Origin: Clostridia bacterium
GTDB lineage: Bacteria; Bacillota; Clostridia; Oscillospirales; CAG-272
Assembly: GCA_017507905.1 (NCBI GenBank)
Contig: JAFWAA010000031.1
Span: 1-51,686, forward strand
Direction of reading: 5' to 3'
Length of the DNA: 51,686 nt
The position numbers were made by a program, and so were the translations under genes. The notes beneath the pieces are model-generated. The model worked only from the letters and a program-made list of their open reading frames with translations, did no database searches and had not been told where the DNA came from. Positions 35,313-44,349 of this stretch are shown here, piece after piece (the stretch's first letter is position 1; each line of letters begins with the position of its first letter).

Positions 35313-36365
35313 TCAGCGGTCCCCGTCCTCGGTGGACTCGCCCGATCTCACGTGCGTAAATGCATCCTCCTCAACGGAGAGCTGCTCGCCGTCCTCGGCA
35401 AGGAATTCCTTGATCTGCTCATCCAGGTCCTTGGAGGCCTTACGCTTTGCAGGCTTCGGCACCTTGACGGCGGCGATGTTATCCAGCATCTTGAGGTATT
35501 CCTCACGCATATTGGCGCGCTTATTGCGAAGGTATGCATTACCTGCGATATAGGTCATCAGAATATCGCGCAGGGTGTTTTCGTCCAGCTCACGCAGAAG
35601 CTTGCCGTTCTGTGCGACCGAGACGATTCCCGTCTGCTCGGAAACGACCACGACCAGTGCGTCACTCACCTCGGTGACGCCGACCGCAGCGCGGTGACGG
35701 GTTCCCATGGTGCCAAAGTTGGTCTTGCCGCGATTGGAGGGCAAAACGCAGCTGGCGGCGTAGATCCGCATATCGCGGATGATCACTGCACCGTCGTGCA
35801 GGGGGGATTTGTCAAAGAAAAGGTTGCGCAAAAGCTTTGAGCTGACAGCGGCATCCAGGATAGTCGCGCCCTGGGTGTAGTCGCCAAGCTTGGTCAGGCC
35901 CTCAAAGACGATCAGCGCGCCCGTGCGCTTATCCGACATCGTAAAGACGGCGTCGATCACCTCGCTCGTCAGCTCCTCTGCCAGATGGAGCTTCTTGCGG
36001 GAGAGGGTGTTGCTTCCGGGATTGAAAAGGGTTTGGTTGCCCAGATGCTCAAGCGCGTCGCGGATCTCGGGCTGGAAGATAACGACGATGCAGAAGAAGG
36101 CTGCCGACGCAAAGAGCCCCGCGATATAGGAAAGTGCGGGAAGCTTGGCGAGAGAGACGATGATCCCAAGAAGGATCACGGCCGCCAATCCAAACAGCAC
36201 GCGCCCTGCACGGCGGTTGCGGCAGAAGCGATACATCAGGTAAAGCAAGGTCGCCAAAAGGAGAACGTCCACAACGTCCGTCCAATGCATGGCGAGCACG
36301 GGTTTTACCACGTATTCAGTTACAAAAGCACAGATTTGTTCCCAAACCGTCTTCAAAAATTCCAT
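35313..36365 (-). CDS. cdaA: Diadenylate cyclase CdaA
   Basis: Three TM helices plus a DAC domain: FQPEIR, GALIV, LHDGA, GTRHRAA. Start MEFLK after GGAGG. Confidence 0.93.
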   Translation of the reverse strand: MEFLKTVWEQICAFVTEYVVKPVLAMHWTDVVDVLLLATLLYLMYRFCRNRRAGRVLFGLAAVILLGIIVSLAKLPALSYIAGLFASAAFFCIVVIFQPEIRDALEHLGNQTLFNPGSNTLSRKKLHLAEELTSEVIDAVFTMSDKRTGALIVFEGLTKLGDYTQGATILDAAVSSKLLRNLFFDKSPLHDGAVIIRDMRIYAASCVLPSNRGKTNFGTMGTRHRAAVGVTEVSDALVVVVSEQTGIVSVAQNGKLLRELDENTLRDILMTYIAGNAYLRNKRANMREEYLKMLDNIAAVKVPKPAKRKASKDLDEQIKEFLAEDGEQLSVEEDAFTHVRSGESTEDGDR

Positions 36366-36430
36366 GATCTGCCCTCCGCGATACAAAACGAAAATTGATC
36401 AGACGCCAACTAAAAAGACGAACCTATTCT

Positions 36431-36459
36431 ATTATAGCATATCCTTTTGGAAATTCCAA
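36431..36459 (-). promoter_or_regulatory. sigma-A promoter of cdaA operon
   Basis: TTGGAA-17bp-TATAAT with extended TG. Confidence 0.7.
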
Positions 36460-36552
36460 TAGGTTTTTGAAAAAAAGTTCGCAAAAGCGCTTCTTTTTTT
36501 GCAAAAAAAGAAGCCGTACGGTGCCTTTTTCCCGCAACGGACGAGAAAGTCG

Positions 36553-36590
36553 AAAAAAGAAGGGCGGCAGAGATCTCCCTGCCGTCCTTC
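36553..36590 (-). terminator. Terminator after pncB
   Basis: 12-bp stem GAAGGACGGCAG/CTGCCGCCCTTC followed by T6 on minus. Confidence 0.8.
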
Positions 36591-36604
36591 CTTGTCGACG
36601 GATC

Positions 36605-38065
36605 TTATTTTTGATACACGCCCTTGGCCTTGAGCATATCGTTCTTGATGTCCCAAAGCTTCTGCGAAAGGTCAACGTAGTAGTTGTGCGGGTTGCTGAA
36701 ACGGCGAACCTCGTCCCACATTCCCTCGATCTCCTCCTTGCAGTGCTGACGGATCTCGGTAAGGGTGGGCAGCTCGTAGACCAGCTCTCCGCTCTTGAAA
36801 ATGGGCTTGAGAAGCTCCTCTGCCTTGAAATTCTCGAGCGTCTTGCGCTTCCAGGTGTGGTGAGGATCAAAGATCTCCAGCGGCTTCGTATCGTCCACCG
36901 TCTCGTCCCATACGCAAAGCAGGTCGGCCTCTGCCTTTCCGGTATCGCGTCCGCGCAGGCGGTAGATCTTTTTGAAGTGCGGCGTGGTGATCTTGCCCAC
37001 GTTCTCGCTGATCTTGATCTTGGGCAGAATGCTTCCATCCTCACGCTCCACGGCGCAAAGCTTGTAAACGCCGCCGAAAACGGGATCGCTCTTTGCCGTG
37101 ATCAGACGCTCACCAACGCCAAAGGCATCTACCTCTGCGCCCTGGCGGATCAGCTCACGGATCAGATACTCGTCCAGCGAGTTGGAGATCACGATGCGGC
37201 AGTCGGTCCAGCCGGCATCGTCCAGGATCTTGCGCACCTTTTTGGTCAGATAGGTCACGTCACCCGAGTCGATGCGGATACCGCAGCTCTTGATGCCCTT
37301 CGGTGCCAGGACCTCGTTGAAGGCGCGGATCGCATTGGGAATACCCGACTCAAGAACGTTATAGGTATCCACAAGAAGCGTGGCGTTGTTGGGATAGATC
37401 TCGCAATAGGTCTTGAAGGCCTCGTACTCGCTGTCAAACATCTGCACCCAAGAATGCGCCATCGTTCCCGTGGCGGGAACACCGAAGGCGACGTCGCTGA
37501 TGGTGCAGGCCGTTGCGTTAACGCCGCCGATATACGCGGCACGTGCGCCGAGGATCGCCGCATCAGCACCCTGTGCACGGCGCGAGCCGAACTCGCTGAT
37601 CGCCCTTCCCTTTGCCGCACGCGTAAGACGGGCAGCCTTGGTGGCGATGAGGGATTGATGGTTGATCATCATCAGAACGTAGGTCTCGATAAACTGTGCC
37701 TCGATCGCTTTTCCGCGAACGATCATCAAGGGCTCACCCGGGAAGACCACCGTGCCCTCGGGAATGGCCCAGATGTCACCCGTAAAGCGAAAATCGCGCA
37801 AAAAGGCAAGAAACTCCTCCGAAAAGCAGCCCTTACCGCGGAGGTACGCGATGTCTTCCTCGTCAAAGTGCAACGCCTTAACGTACTCAATCACCTGCTC
37901 CAGTCCTGCGACGATCGCGTAGCCGCCGTTGTCCGGATTGTCGCGGTAGAAGACGTCAAAGTAAACGATCTTGTCCTTCATTCCGCTGGTAAAATAGCCG
38001 TTGCTCATCGTCAGCTCGTAAAAATCACAGAGCATCGTCAAATTTCTGGATATGTCCTTCATCAT
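36605..38065 (-). CDS. pncB: Nicotinate phosphoribosyltransferase
   Basis: DFYELTM, EFGSRR, GTMAHS, LVDTY, RIDSGD, GVYK. Confidence 0.94.
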   Translation of the reverse strand: MMKDISRNLTMLCDFYELTMSNGYFTSGMKDKIVYFDVFYRDNPDNGGYAIVAGLEQVIEYVKALHFDEEDIAYLRGKGCFSEEFLAFLRDFRFTGDIWAIPEGTVVFPGEPLMIVRGKAIEAQFIETYVLMMINHQSLIATKAARLTRAAKGRAISEFGSRRAQGADAAILGARAAYIGGVNATACTISDVAFGVPATGTMAHSWVQMFDSEYEAFKTYCEIYPNNATLLVDTYNVLESGIPNAIRAFNEVLAPKGIKSCGIRIDSGDVTYLTKKVRKILDDAGWTDCRIVISNSLDEYLIRELIRQGAEVDAFGVGERLITAKSDPVFGGVYKLCAVEREDGSILPKIKISENVGKITTPHFKKIYRLRGRDTGKAEADLLCVWDETVDDTKPLEIFDPHHTWKRKTLENFKAEELLKPIFKSGELVYELPTLTEIRQHCKEEIEGMWDEVRRFSNPHNYYVDLSQKLWDIKNDMLKAKGVYQK

Positions 38066-38116
38066 GCTTCTCCTTTGTTTTTATCCGAAGTTTTTCCGAA
38101 ATTTTCTTATGCTGAC

Positions 38117-38145
38117 AGTATAGCACACTTTCGGGAAAAATGCAA
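38117..38145 (-). promoter_or_regulatory. sigma-A promoter of pncB
   Basis: TTGCAT-17bp-TATACT. Confidence 0.7.
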
Positions 38146-38186
38146 GAAAAAATGGAAATTTCTCCGCAATTTGCAGGACGTATAGC

Positions 38187-38227
38187 AAAAAAAATCCCCG
38201 AGGAGAGCGTTTTGCTCCCTTCGGGGA
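38187..38227 (-). terminator. Terminator of hydrogenase operon
   Basis: TCCCCGAAGGGAGC/GCTCTCCTCGGGGA stem followed by T8 on minus. Confidence 0.82.
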
Positions 38228-38283
38228 CGCTTATGCGCAGTGAGGAAGAGGAAGACTCCCCTTCCTCACCGTCGATCCATCGA

Positions 38284-40041
38284 TCAATACAGGCCTCTCT
38301 TGATGTAAGAGGTGTGCAGGATCTCGTGTGCCTTGTGGCTGTTGGGCTCGCCGAAGAACTCGTCGTAGAGCTTCTGAACGGCCAGGTTGTCCTGCGACTT
38401 GCGCAGAGTCTCGTTGGCGTCGTCGTTGTAAAGAACGGCGGCACGAACGGCGCGCAGATCCATGTTCATGCGAACGGATGCGGGCTGAATGGGCTGTCCG
38501 CCACCGTTGACACATCCGCCGGGGCATCCCATGATCTCGATGAACTGAACGTCCAGCTCACCGGCCTTGACCATGTTGAGCAGCTTCTTTGCCATACCGG
38601 TGCTGGAAGCAACGGCAACGTTGACGGTCAGATCGCCAAGCTTGTAGGAGGCGGTCTTGATGCCCTCTACGCCGCGAACCTCGGTGAAGTCGACCTTCTC
38701 CAGTTTCTTGCCCAGAATGGCCTCTGCAGCATAGCGGAGAGCAGCCTCCATAACGCCGCCAGTAGCGCCGAAGATCGCGCCTGCACCGGAGCCGATGCCG
38801 AAGGGCTCGTCAAACTGTGCATCCTCAAGAGCGCGGAAGTTGATGCCGGCCTTGTGGATCATTCTGCCCACCTCGCGGGTGGTGATCGCAAAATCAACGT
38901 CGGGAACGCCTGCGGCAGACTGATCGGGACGGCCTACCTCAAACTTCTTTGCGGTACAAGGAATAGCGGAAACCATCACGATATCCTTGGGATCCCAGCC
39001 CATCTTCTGTGCGTAGTAGGTCTTGACCACTGCGCCGAACATCTGCTGAGGAGACTTGCAGGTAGAGAGATTCTCGGTGAACTCCGGGAAATAGTGCTCG
39101 CAGTACTTGATCCATCCGGGCGAGCAGGAGGTGATCATGGGAAGCGTGCCGTTGTTCTGGATTCTGCCCATGAGCTCGGTAGCCTCCTCGACGATGGTCA
39201 GGTCGGCGGTGAGGTTCATGTCGTAAACGCCGTCAAAGCCGAGAGCCTTGAGAGCGGCAACCATCTTGCCCTCGCAGTCGGTGCCGGGCTCGTAGCCAAA
39301 GCACTCGCCGATCTGTGCGCGAACGGAGGGTGCGGTGCAGATCACGGTGTGCTTGGTGGGATCTGCAATTGCCTCGAGGACCTTATCGGTGTCGTCTCTC
39401 TCGTAGAGAGCGCCAACGGGGCAAGCCACGATGCACTGTCCGCAGTTGATGCAGGAGGTGTCTGCCAGATCCATACCGAAGGAGGATCCGACGTAGGTAT
39501 CAAATCCGCGGTTGTTGGCGCCGATAACGCCGATCTCCTGGACCTTTGCGCAGGTTGCTACGCAACGGCGGCAGAGAATGCACTTGCTGTTGTCGCGGAT
39601 GATGGGAGAACGGTCATCGATTCTGGACTCGGTGACCTCACCCCGGAACTTGGAGGAGGTTACGCCGTACTCACGGCAGAGGGTCTGCAGCTCGCAGTTG
39701 GTGGAGCGAACGCAGGAGAGGCAATCCTGATTGTGGTTGGAGAGCAGCAACTCAAGATTCATCTTGCGCGAAGCGGTGATCTTGGGCGTGTTGGTCTTGA
39801 TCTCCATTCCCTCGGTGCAGGGGTACACGCAAGCGGTGACCATGCGCCAGGGGCCAAGTGCGGGGCCGCGCATCTCGGCGACCTCAACCAGGCAGAGACG
39901 GCAAGCGCCGATCTCGTTGATGTCCTTCAAATAGCAGAGCGTAGGAATATCAATATGCGCTGCCTTAGCGGCTTCCAGAACCGTGGAACCCTTGGCAACG
40001 GAATACTCCTTGCCGTTAATCTTTACATTAATCATATCCAT
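38284..40041 (-). CDS. [FeFe]-hydrogenase catalytic subunit (HydA/HndD, group A3-like)
   Basis: H-cluster motifs TSCSPGW, PCTAKKFE, EIMGCPGGCVNGGGQ; N-terminal 2Fe-2S, His-ligated 4Fe-4S and 2x4Fe-4S. Confidence 0.95.
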   Translation of the reverse strand: MDMINVKINGKEYSVAKGSTVLEAAKAAHIDIPTLCYLKDINEIGACRLCLVEVAEMRGPALGPWRMVTACVYPCTEGMEIKTNTPKITASRKMNLELLLSNHNQDCLSCVRSTNCELQTLCREYGVTSSKFRGEVTESRIDDRSPIIRDNSKCILCRRCVATCAKVQEIGVIGANNRGFDTYVGSSFGMDLADTSCINCGQCIVACPVGALYERDDTDKVLEAIADPTKHTVICTAPSVRAQIGECFGYEPGTDCEGKMVAALKALGFDGVYDMNLTADLTIVEEATELMGRIQNNGTLPMITSCSPGWIKYCEHYFPEFTENLSTCKSPQQMFGAVVKTYYAQKMGWDPKDIVMVSAIPCTAKKFEVGRPDQSAAGVPDVDFAITTREVGRMIHKAGINFRALEDAQFDEPFGIGSGAGAIFGATGGVMEAALRYAAEAILGKKLEKVDFTEVRGVEGIKTASYKLGDLTVNVAVASSTGMAKKLLNMVKAGELDVQFIEIMGCPGGCVNGGGQPIQPASVRMNMDLRAVRAAVLYNDDANETLRKSQDNLAVQKLYDEFFGEPNSHKAHEILHTSYIKRGLY

Positions 40042-40061
40042 TTGTCCACAATTCCCCTTTC

Positions 40062-41882
40062 TTACTGCTTGGAAATAGCCTTGAACTTACAAGTGGGCAG
40101 GCAAGCACCGCACTTCACGCACTTCTGCGGATCGATCGAGAAGGATGCCAGCTTGTGACCGGGAGCCACGTAGTCGGTTCTCGTGATGGCAGATGCGGGG
40201 CACTGTCTTGCGCACATGCCGCAGCCAATGCACTTGTCCGCGTCGATGACGAACTGAAGCAGGCTCTTGCAAACGCCGGCAGGACACTTCTTGTCCACGA
40301 TGTGTGCGATATACTCCTCACGGAAGTAACGGAGCGTCGAGAGAACGGGGTTGGGCGCAGTCTGGCCAAGGCCGCAGAGAGATGCGGACTTGATGTAGTT
40401 GGAAAGCTCCTCCAGACGGTCCAGATCCTCAAGCTCACCCTTACCAGCAATGATCTTGTCCAGGATCTCAAGCAGACGCTTGGTACCCACGCGGCAGGGC
40501 GTGCACTTTCCGCAGGACTCGTCTACGGTGAAGTCCAGGAAGAAGCGGGCAATATCAACCATGCAGTTGTCCTCGTCCATAACGATCAGACCGCCCGAGC
40601 CCATCATAGAGCCAATCTCGAGCAGGTTATCGTAGTCGATCGGAGTATCGATCAGATGTGCGGGAATGCATCCGCCGGAGGGTCCGCCGGTCTGTGCAGC
40701 CTTGAACTTCTTGCCGTTGGGGATACCGCCACCGATCTCCTCGATGATGTGACGGAGCGTCGTTCCCATAGGAACCTCAACAAGGCCGGTGTTCTTGATC
40801 TTTCCGCCCAGAGCGAAGACCTTGGTTCCCTTGGACTTCTCGGTTCCCATGGAGGAGAACCAATCGGGACCCTTGAGAATGATCTGGGGAATGTTGGCGT
40901 AGGTCTCAACGTTGTTCAGAACGGTGGGACGGTCGAACAGACCCTTGACTGCGGGGAACGGAGGACGGGGACGGGGCTCGCCGCGCTTACCCTCGATGGA
41001 GGTCATCAGAGCGGTCTCCTCGCCGCAGACGAATGCGCCTGCACCGAGACGGATATCCAGGTTGAAGCTGAAATCAGAGCCGAAGATGTTGTTGCCGAGC
41101 AGGCCGTATTCCTTGGCCTGGTCGATCGCCTTCTGCAGACGCTGAACGGCGATGGGATACTCAGCACGAACGTAAACGTAGCCCTGGTCTGCGCCGATCG
41201 CATAGCCGGCGATTGCCATAGCCTCGATCAGTGCGTGGGGGTCGCCCTCAAGGACGGAACGGTCCATGAATGCACCCGGGTCACCCTCGTCGGCGTTGCA
41301 GCAGACGTACTTCTGTACGTTTCCGCGGTTGCCGGAAGCGAACTTCCACTTCATACCGGTCGGGAAGCCTGCGCCTCCGCGTCCGCGAAGTCCGGAAGCG
41401 AGAATGGTGGAGATAACGTCATCGGGAGTCATCTCGTTGACGACCTTGCCCAGAGCGGCATAGCCGTCCATAGCGATGTATTCCTCGATGTTCTCGGGGT
41501 CGATCACGCCGCAGTTACGCAGAGCAACGCGGTGCTGAGACTTGTAGAAGGTGGTGTCGTTCAGGGAAGCGTGGGTTGCATCCTTGATGGGCTCGCTGGT
41601 CTCGTTGTAGATCAGTCTCTCAACGGGACGGCCCTTGAGCAGGTGCTCGTTGACGATCTCGGCAACGTCATCTACCGTAACGTTGGAGTAGAAGGTACCG
41701 TCGGGATAAACGATAACGACGGGGCCCAGAGCGCAAAGGCCGAAGCAACCGGTCTGCACGACGCTGATCTCCTCAGCCAGACCTGCCTTTTCGAGCTCCG
41801 CGCGGAAAGCGTCCTGAATTCTCGGGCTTCCGGAAGAAGTACATCCCGTACCGCCACAACATAATACATGTGCACGAATCAT
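40062..41882 (-). CDS. NADH/FMN-binding diaphorase subunit (HydB/HndC, NuoF-like)
   Basis: GLRGRGGAGFP, NADEGDPGAFMD, GAGAFVCGEETAL, ESCGKCTPCRVG; C-terminal 2x4Fe-4S. Confidence 0.95.
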   Translation of the reverse strand: MIRAHVLCCGGTGCTSSGSPRIQDAFRAELEKAGLAEEISVVQTGCFGLCALGPVVIVYPDGTFYSNVTVDDVAEIVNEHLLKGRPVERLIYNETSEPIKDATHASLNDTTFYKSQHRVALRNCGVIDPENIEEYIAMDGYAALGKVVNEMTPDDVISTILASGLRGRGGAGFPTGMKWKFASGNRGNVQKYVCCNADEGDPGAFMDRSVLEGDPHALIEAMAIAGYAIGADQGYVYVRAEYPIAVQRLQKAIDQAKEYGLLGNNIFGSDFSFNLDIRLGAGAFVCGEETALMTSIEGKRGEPRPRPPFPAVKGLFDRPTVLNNVETYANIPQIILKGPDWFSSMGTEKSKGTKVFALGGKIKNTGLVEVPMGTTLRHIIEEIGGGIPNGKKFKAAQTGGPSGGCIPAHLIDTPIDYDNLLEIGSMMGSGGLIVMDEDNCMVDIARFFLDFTVDESCGKCTPCRVGTKRLLEILDKIIAGKGELEDLDRLEELSNYIKSASLCGLGQTAPNPVLSTLRYFREEYIAHIVDKKCPAGVCKSLLQFVIDADKCIGCGMCARQCPASAITRTDYVAPGHKLASFSIDPQKCVKCGACLPTCKFKAISKQ

Positions 41883-41900
41883 ATTGCTGTTCCCTCCTTA

Positions 41901-42266
41901 TTATGCGTTTGCGGCGGTGTATTCGGTAACGATCTTTCCGCCCTTGACGTGCTCCTTGAGCACGCGCTCTGCCTTCTCGGCAGTCATGTTGATGTAAGTC
42001 ACCTTATCCTGACCCTTGCAGAGGATCTCGACCACGGGCTCGCGCTCGCAGCCTCCGATGCATCCGGACTGGAGGACGACTGCCTTGCCGTGCAGGCCTT
42101 CCTTGTCAATGCCCTCAACGAAGGCGTGAAGAACGGAGCGTGCGCCTGCTGCGATGCCGCAGGTACCCATTCCGACCACGATGCGAATGCTATTGCCGCT
42201 CTCGCGAAGGACGATCTGATCCTTCACTCTTTCGCGAATCGCAGCAAGTTCTGCCAAAGATTTCAT
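41901..42266 (-). CDS. Thioredoxin-like [2Fe-2S] subunit (HydD/HndB)
   Basis: VGMGTCGIAAGA, SGCIGGCEREP. Confidence 0.9.
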   Translation of the reverse strand: MKSLAELAAIRERVKDQIVLRESGNSIRIVVGMGTCGIAAGARSVLHAFVEGIDKEGLHGKAVVLQSGCIGGCEREPVVEILCKGQDKVTYINMTAEKAERVLKEHVKGGKIVTEYTAANA

Positions 42267-42308
42267 AATGTTCAGTTCCTTTCCTTCCTAAAAGATATAT
42301 GTTTTTCT

Positions 42309-42854
42309 TTATTGATACTGTTCCGTCAGGTATTCCCCGATCCACCGAAGGACCTCCGGCGTGCTCAGAGGAACGCCCGTTCCCAGGATCGCGCGCAGTT
42401 CCCTTGTGTCAAGGGTGACCGTGCGTGTTGCGAACACATGGGAAAAATGCAGCTCGACCTCGGGGCTGCCCTGCAGAAGTGCAAGAAGCGTTGCCACCGT
42501 GTCTCCCACGGGGGGACAGTCGATATGCGTGCTGATCAGCTCTGCCGTAAGGGTCGTGCCGTGGGAAGTAGGATAACGCTCCCGATCCCGTGAGGCAAGA
42601 TGAAGCGATCCGCCCGTCCGCTCGGCCGTCCGCAAAAGCAGGTAAAGACCAAGTCCCGCGCCCTCCGTCTCCTTTGTGGAAAAGAATGGCTCAGTGGCGT
42701 GTGCGAGAATGCTTTGAGGCATTCCCTCACCGTCGTCCTCTACCGTCATGCGGATGTGCCCTTCCCGCTCGTCCAGCGCGATGCGAAGATGCTTCGCCCC
42801 GGCGCGCAGAGAATTTTGGGCAACGTCGAGAAGATGTAGGGAGAGATCCTTCAT
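42309..42854 (-). CDS. Stand-alone GHKL (HATPase_c) ATP-binding protein
   Basis: MKDLSLHLLDVAQNS (N box), DDGEGM, FFSTK, GLGL. No HisKA or sensor domain. Confidence 0.85.
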   Translation of the reverse strand: MKDLSLHLLDVAQNSLRAGAKHLRIALDEREGHIRMTVEDDGEGMPQSILAHATEPFFSTKETEGAGLGLYLLLRTAERTGGSLHLASRDRERYPTSHGTTLTAELISTHIDCPPVGDTVATLLALLQGSPEVELHFSHVFATRTVTLDTRELRAILGTGVPLSTPEVLRWIGEYLTEQYQ

Positions 42855-42879
42855 GTCCACCCGTTGGCAGACGTCCTCT

Positions 42880-43374
42880 TTACTGATACTTTGCAAGAAT
42901 GGTATCGACGTCGTCTACGGTGATCTTACCGTAAACCTCTCCGTTGACGGTGAGAACGGGAGCAAGTCCGCAAGCACCGATGCAGCGGGTCGCCTCGATG
43001 GAATACTTGCCATCGGGAGAGGTGCTGCCAACGGGAACGTTAAGCTTCTGAGAAATCGCCTCAATGATATCACCCGAGCCCTTGACGTAGCAAGCGGTTC
43101 CCAGGCAAACGGCGATCGCATACTGACCGTCGGGGTTAAGCTTGAACTGTGCGTAGAAGGAAATGATACCGAAGATCTCCTCCATGGAGACGCCCGTCTT
43201 CTCGGCAATGATGGTCTGAACCTCGATGGGCAGATATCCGTAGATCTCCTGCGCCTCCTGAAGGATCGGCATCATAGCACCGCGCTGACCGGCATGCTTC
43301 TCGATCACGGCAAGCAGCTTTTCTTCCTGCTCCTTGGTGCCCTGAAAAGCAACCGTAGTCAATTTCTTTTTCAT
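42880..43374 (-). CDS. [2Fe-2S] subunit (HydC/HndA, NuoE-like)
   Basis: ILQEAQEIYGYLP, FYAQF, VCLGTACYVKG, RCIGACGLAP. Confidence 0.95.
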   Translation of the reverse strand: MKKKLTTVAFQGTKEQEEKLLAVIEKHAGQRGAMMPILQEAQEIYGYLPIEVQTIIAEKTGVSMEEIFGIISFYAQFKLNPDGQYAIAVCLGTACYVKGSGDIIEAISQKLNVPVGSTSPDGKYSIEATRCIGACGLAPVLTVNGEVYGKITVDDVDTILAKYQ

Positions 43375-43418
43375 AAGTCTACAACCTCCTGAAAATTTTT
43401 ATCGCTTCCGAGAAAAGT

Positions 43419-43436
43419 TTGTCTGATTTTTCACAA
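43419..43436 (-). promoter_or_regulatory. Putative Rex operator
   Basis: TTGTGAA-AAAT-CAGACAA against consensus TTGTGAA-N4-TTCACAA. Lies downstream of a TATAAT at 43463-43468. Confidence 0.55.
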
Positions 43437-43797
43437 ACGTTCACGGACACACTGATGGCTCTATTATACTACATATTAAAGAAAAAATCTATACCTTTTT
43501 CAAAATTTTTTCAAGAACTTTTTGGTTTTTTTGAAAAAAATGCGTTTTTCGGGCAAAATAACGAACAAGGAGGGCTCGTCATGCCCTTTTTCGCGCAACA
43601 GCCGCAGAAAGCGCGACCTTTTTTCACCCTTTTTGCTTTGCCCTTCGCCTTTTTTTCGCCGTTGCCTCTTATCCTTTTTCCATTTTTTTACATTTTGCAG
43701 AGAAAGTGACAAAATCCACCCCTGCCTCGGCGGTATAATAAGAGAAAAAATGCGTCTGCCGAAAGGCGGAGCTTTGGAAAGGATGATCAAATCAACT

Positions 43798-44349
43798 ATG
43801 CTTTGCGAACAATGTAAAAAACGAACGGCAACGGTATTCTACAACGAGAAGCTGAACGGCCGCTCCCGCTCGCTCTCCCTCTGTGGGGAATGCGCCTCCA
43901 AGCTGCGCGAGAGCGGAGAAATCCGTGACGTCACCTCCATGATCGGCAGCTTTGCCGACCCCTTCTCCGCCCTGCAGGACGAGCGTTTCGGGGATTTCTT
44001 CGGCCTTCGTATCCTTCGGGCGAAGGAGGAAAAGATCCTCTGCCCCTGTTGCGGACGGGCTCTTGCGGCGATCCTGAACGACGGAAAGGTGGGCTGTGCG
44101 GAATGCTATTCCGCCTTCTCGGGGGAGCTTTCCCCTCTGCTCCGATCCCTGCACGGAGGAGCGACGCACCGCGGAAGGATCCCTTCGAGATTGCTTGCCA
44201 GAAGGGCGCGCATCGAGCAGCTTTCGCGTTTGCGCGAGGAGCTGCAAAAGGCGATCACGGAGGAAAAATTTGAGGAAGCGGCACGTCTGCGCGACGAGAT
44301 CCGCGTTCTGGAGGAGCAAAAGGAGGGCAACGGCAATGGCTTGGTATAA
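43798..44349 (+). CDS. mcsA: McsA (four CxxC motifs plus UVR domain)
   Basis: MLCEQC...CGEC...CPCC...GCAECY...HRGRIP...[14 protein letters not shown]. Confidence 0.92.
   Translation: MLCEQCKKRTATVFYNEKLNGRSRSLSLCGECASKLRESGEIRDVTSMIGSFADPFSALQDERFGDFFGLRILRAKEEKILCPCCGRALAAILNDGKVGCAECYSAFSGELSPLLRSLHGGATHRGRIPSRLLARRARIEQLSRLREELQKAITEEKFEEAARLRDEIRVLEEQKEGNGNGLV

Noticed and set aside
36395-41864. Long plus-strand ORFs (596, 672 and 569 aa) opposite pncB, hydA and hydB
   Set aside because: They are exact antisense-frame mirrors of highly biased genes, with no recognisable domains.
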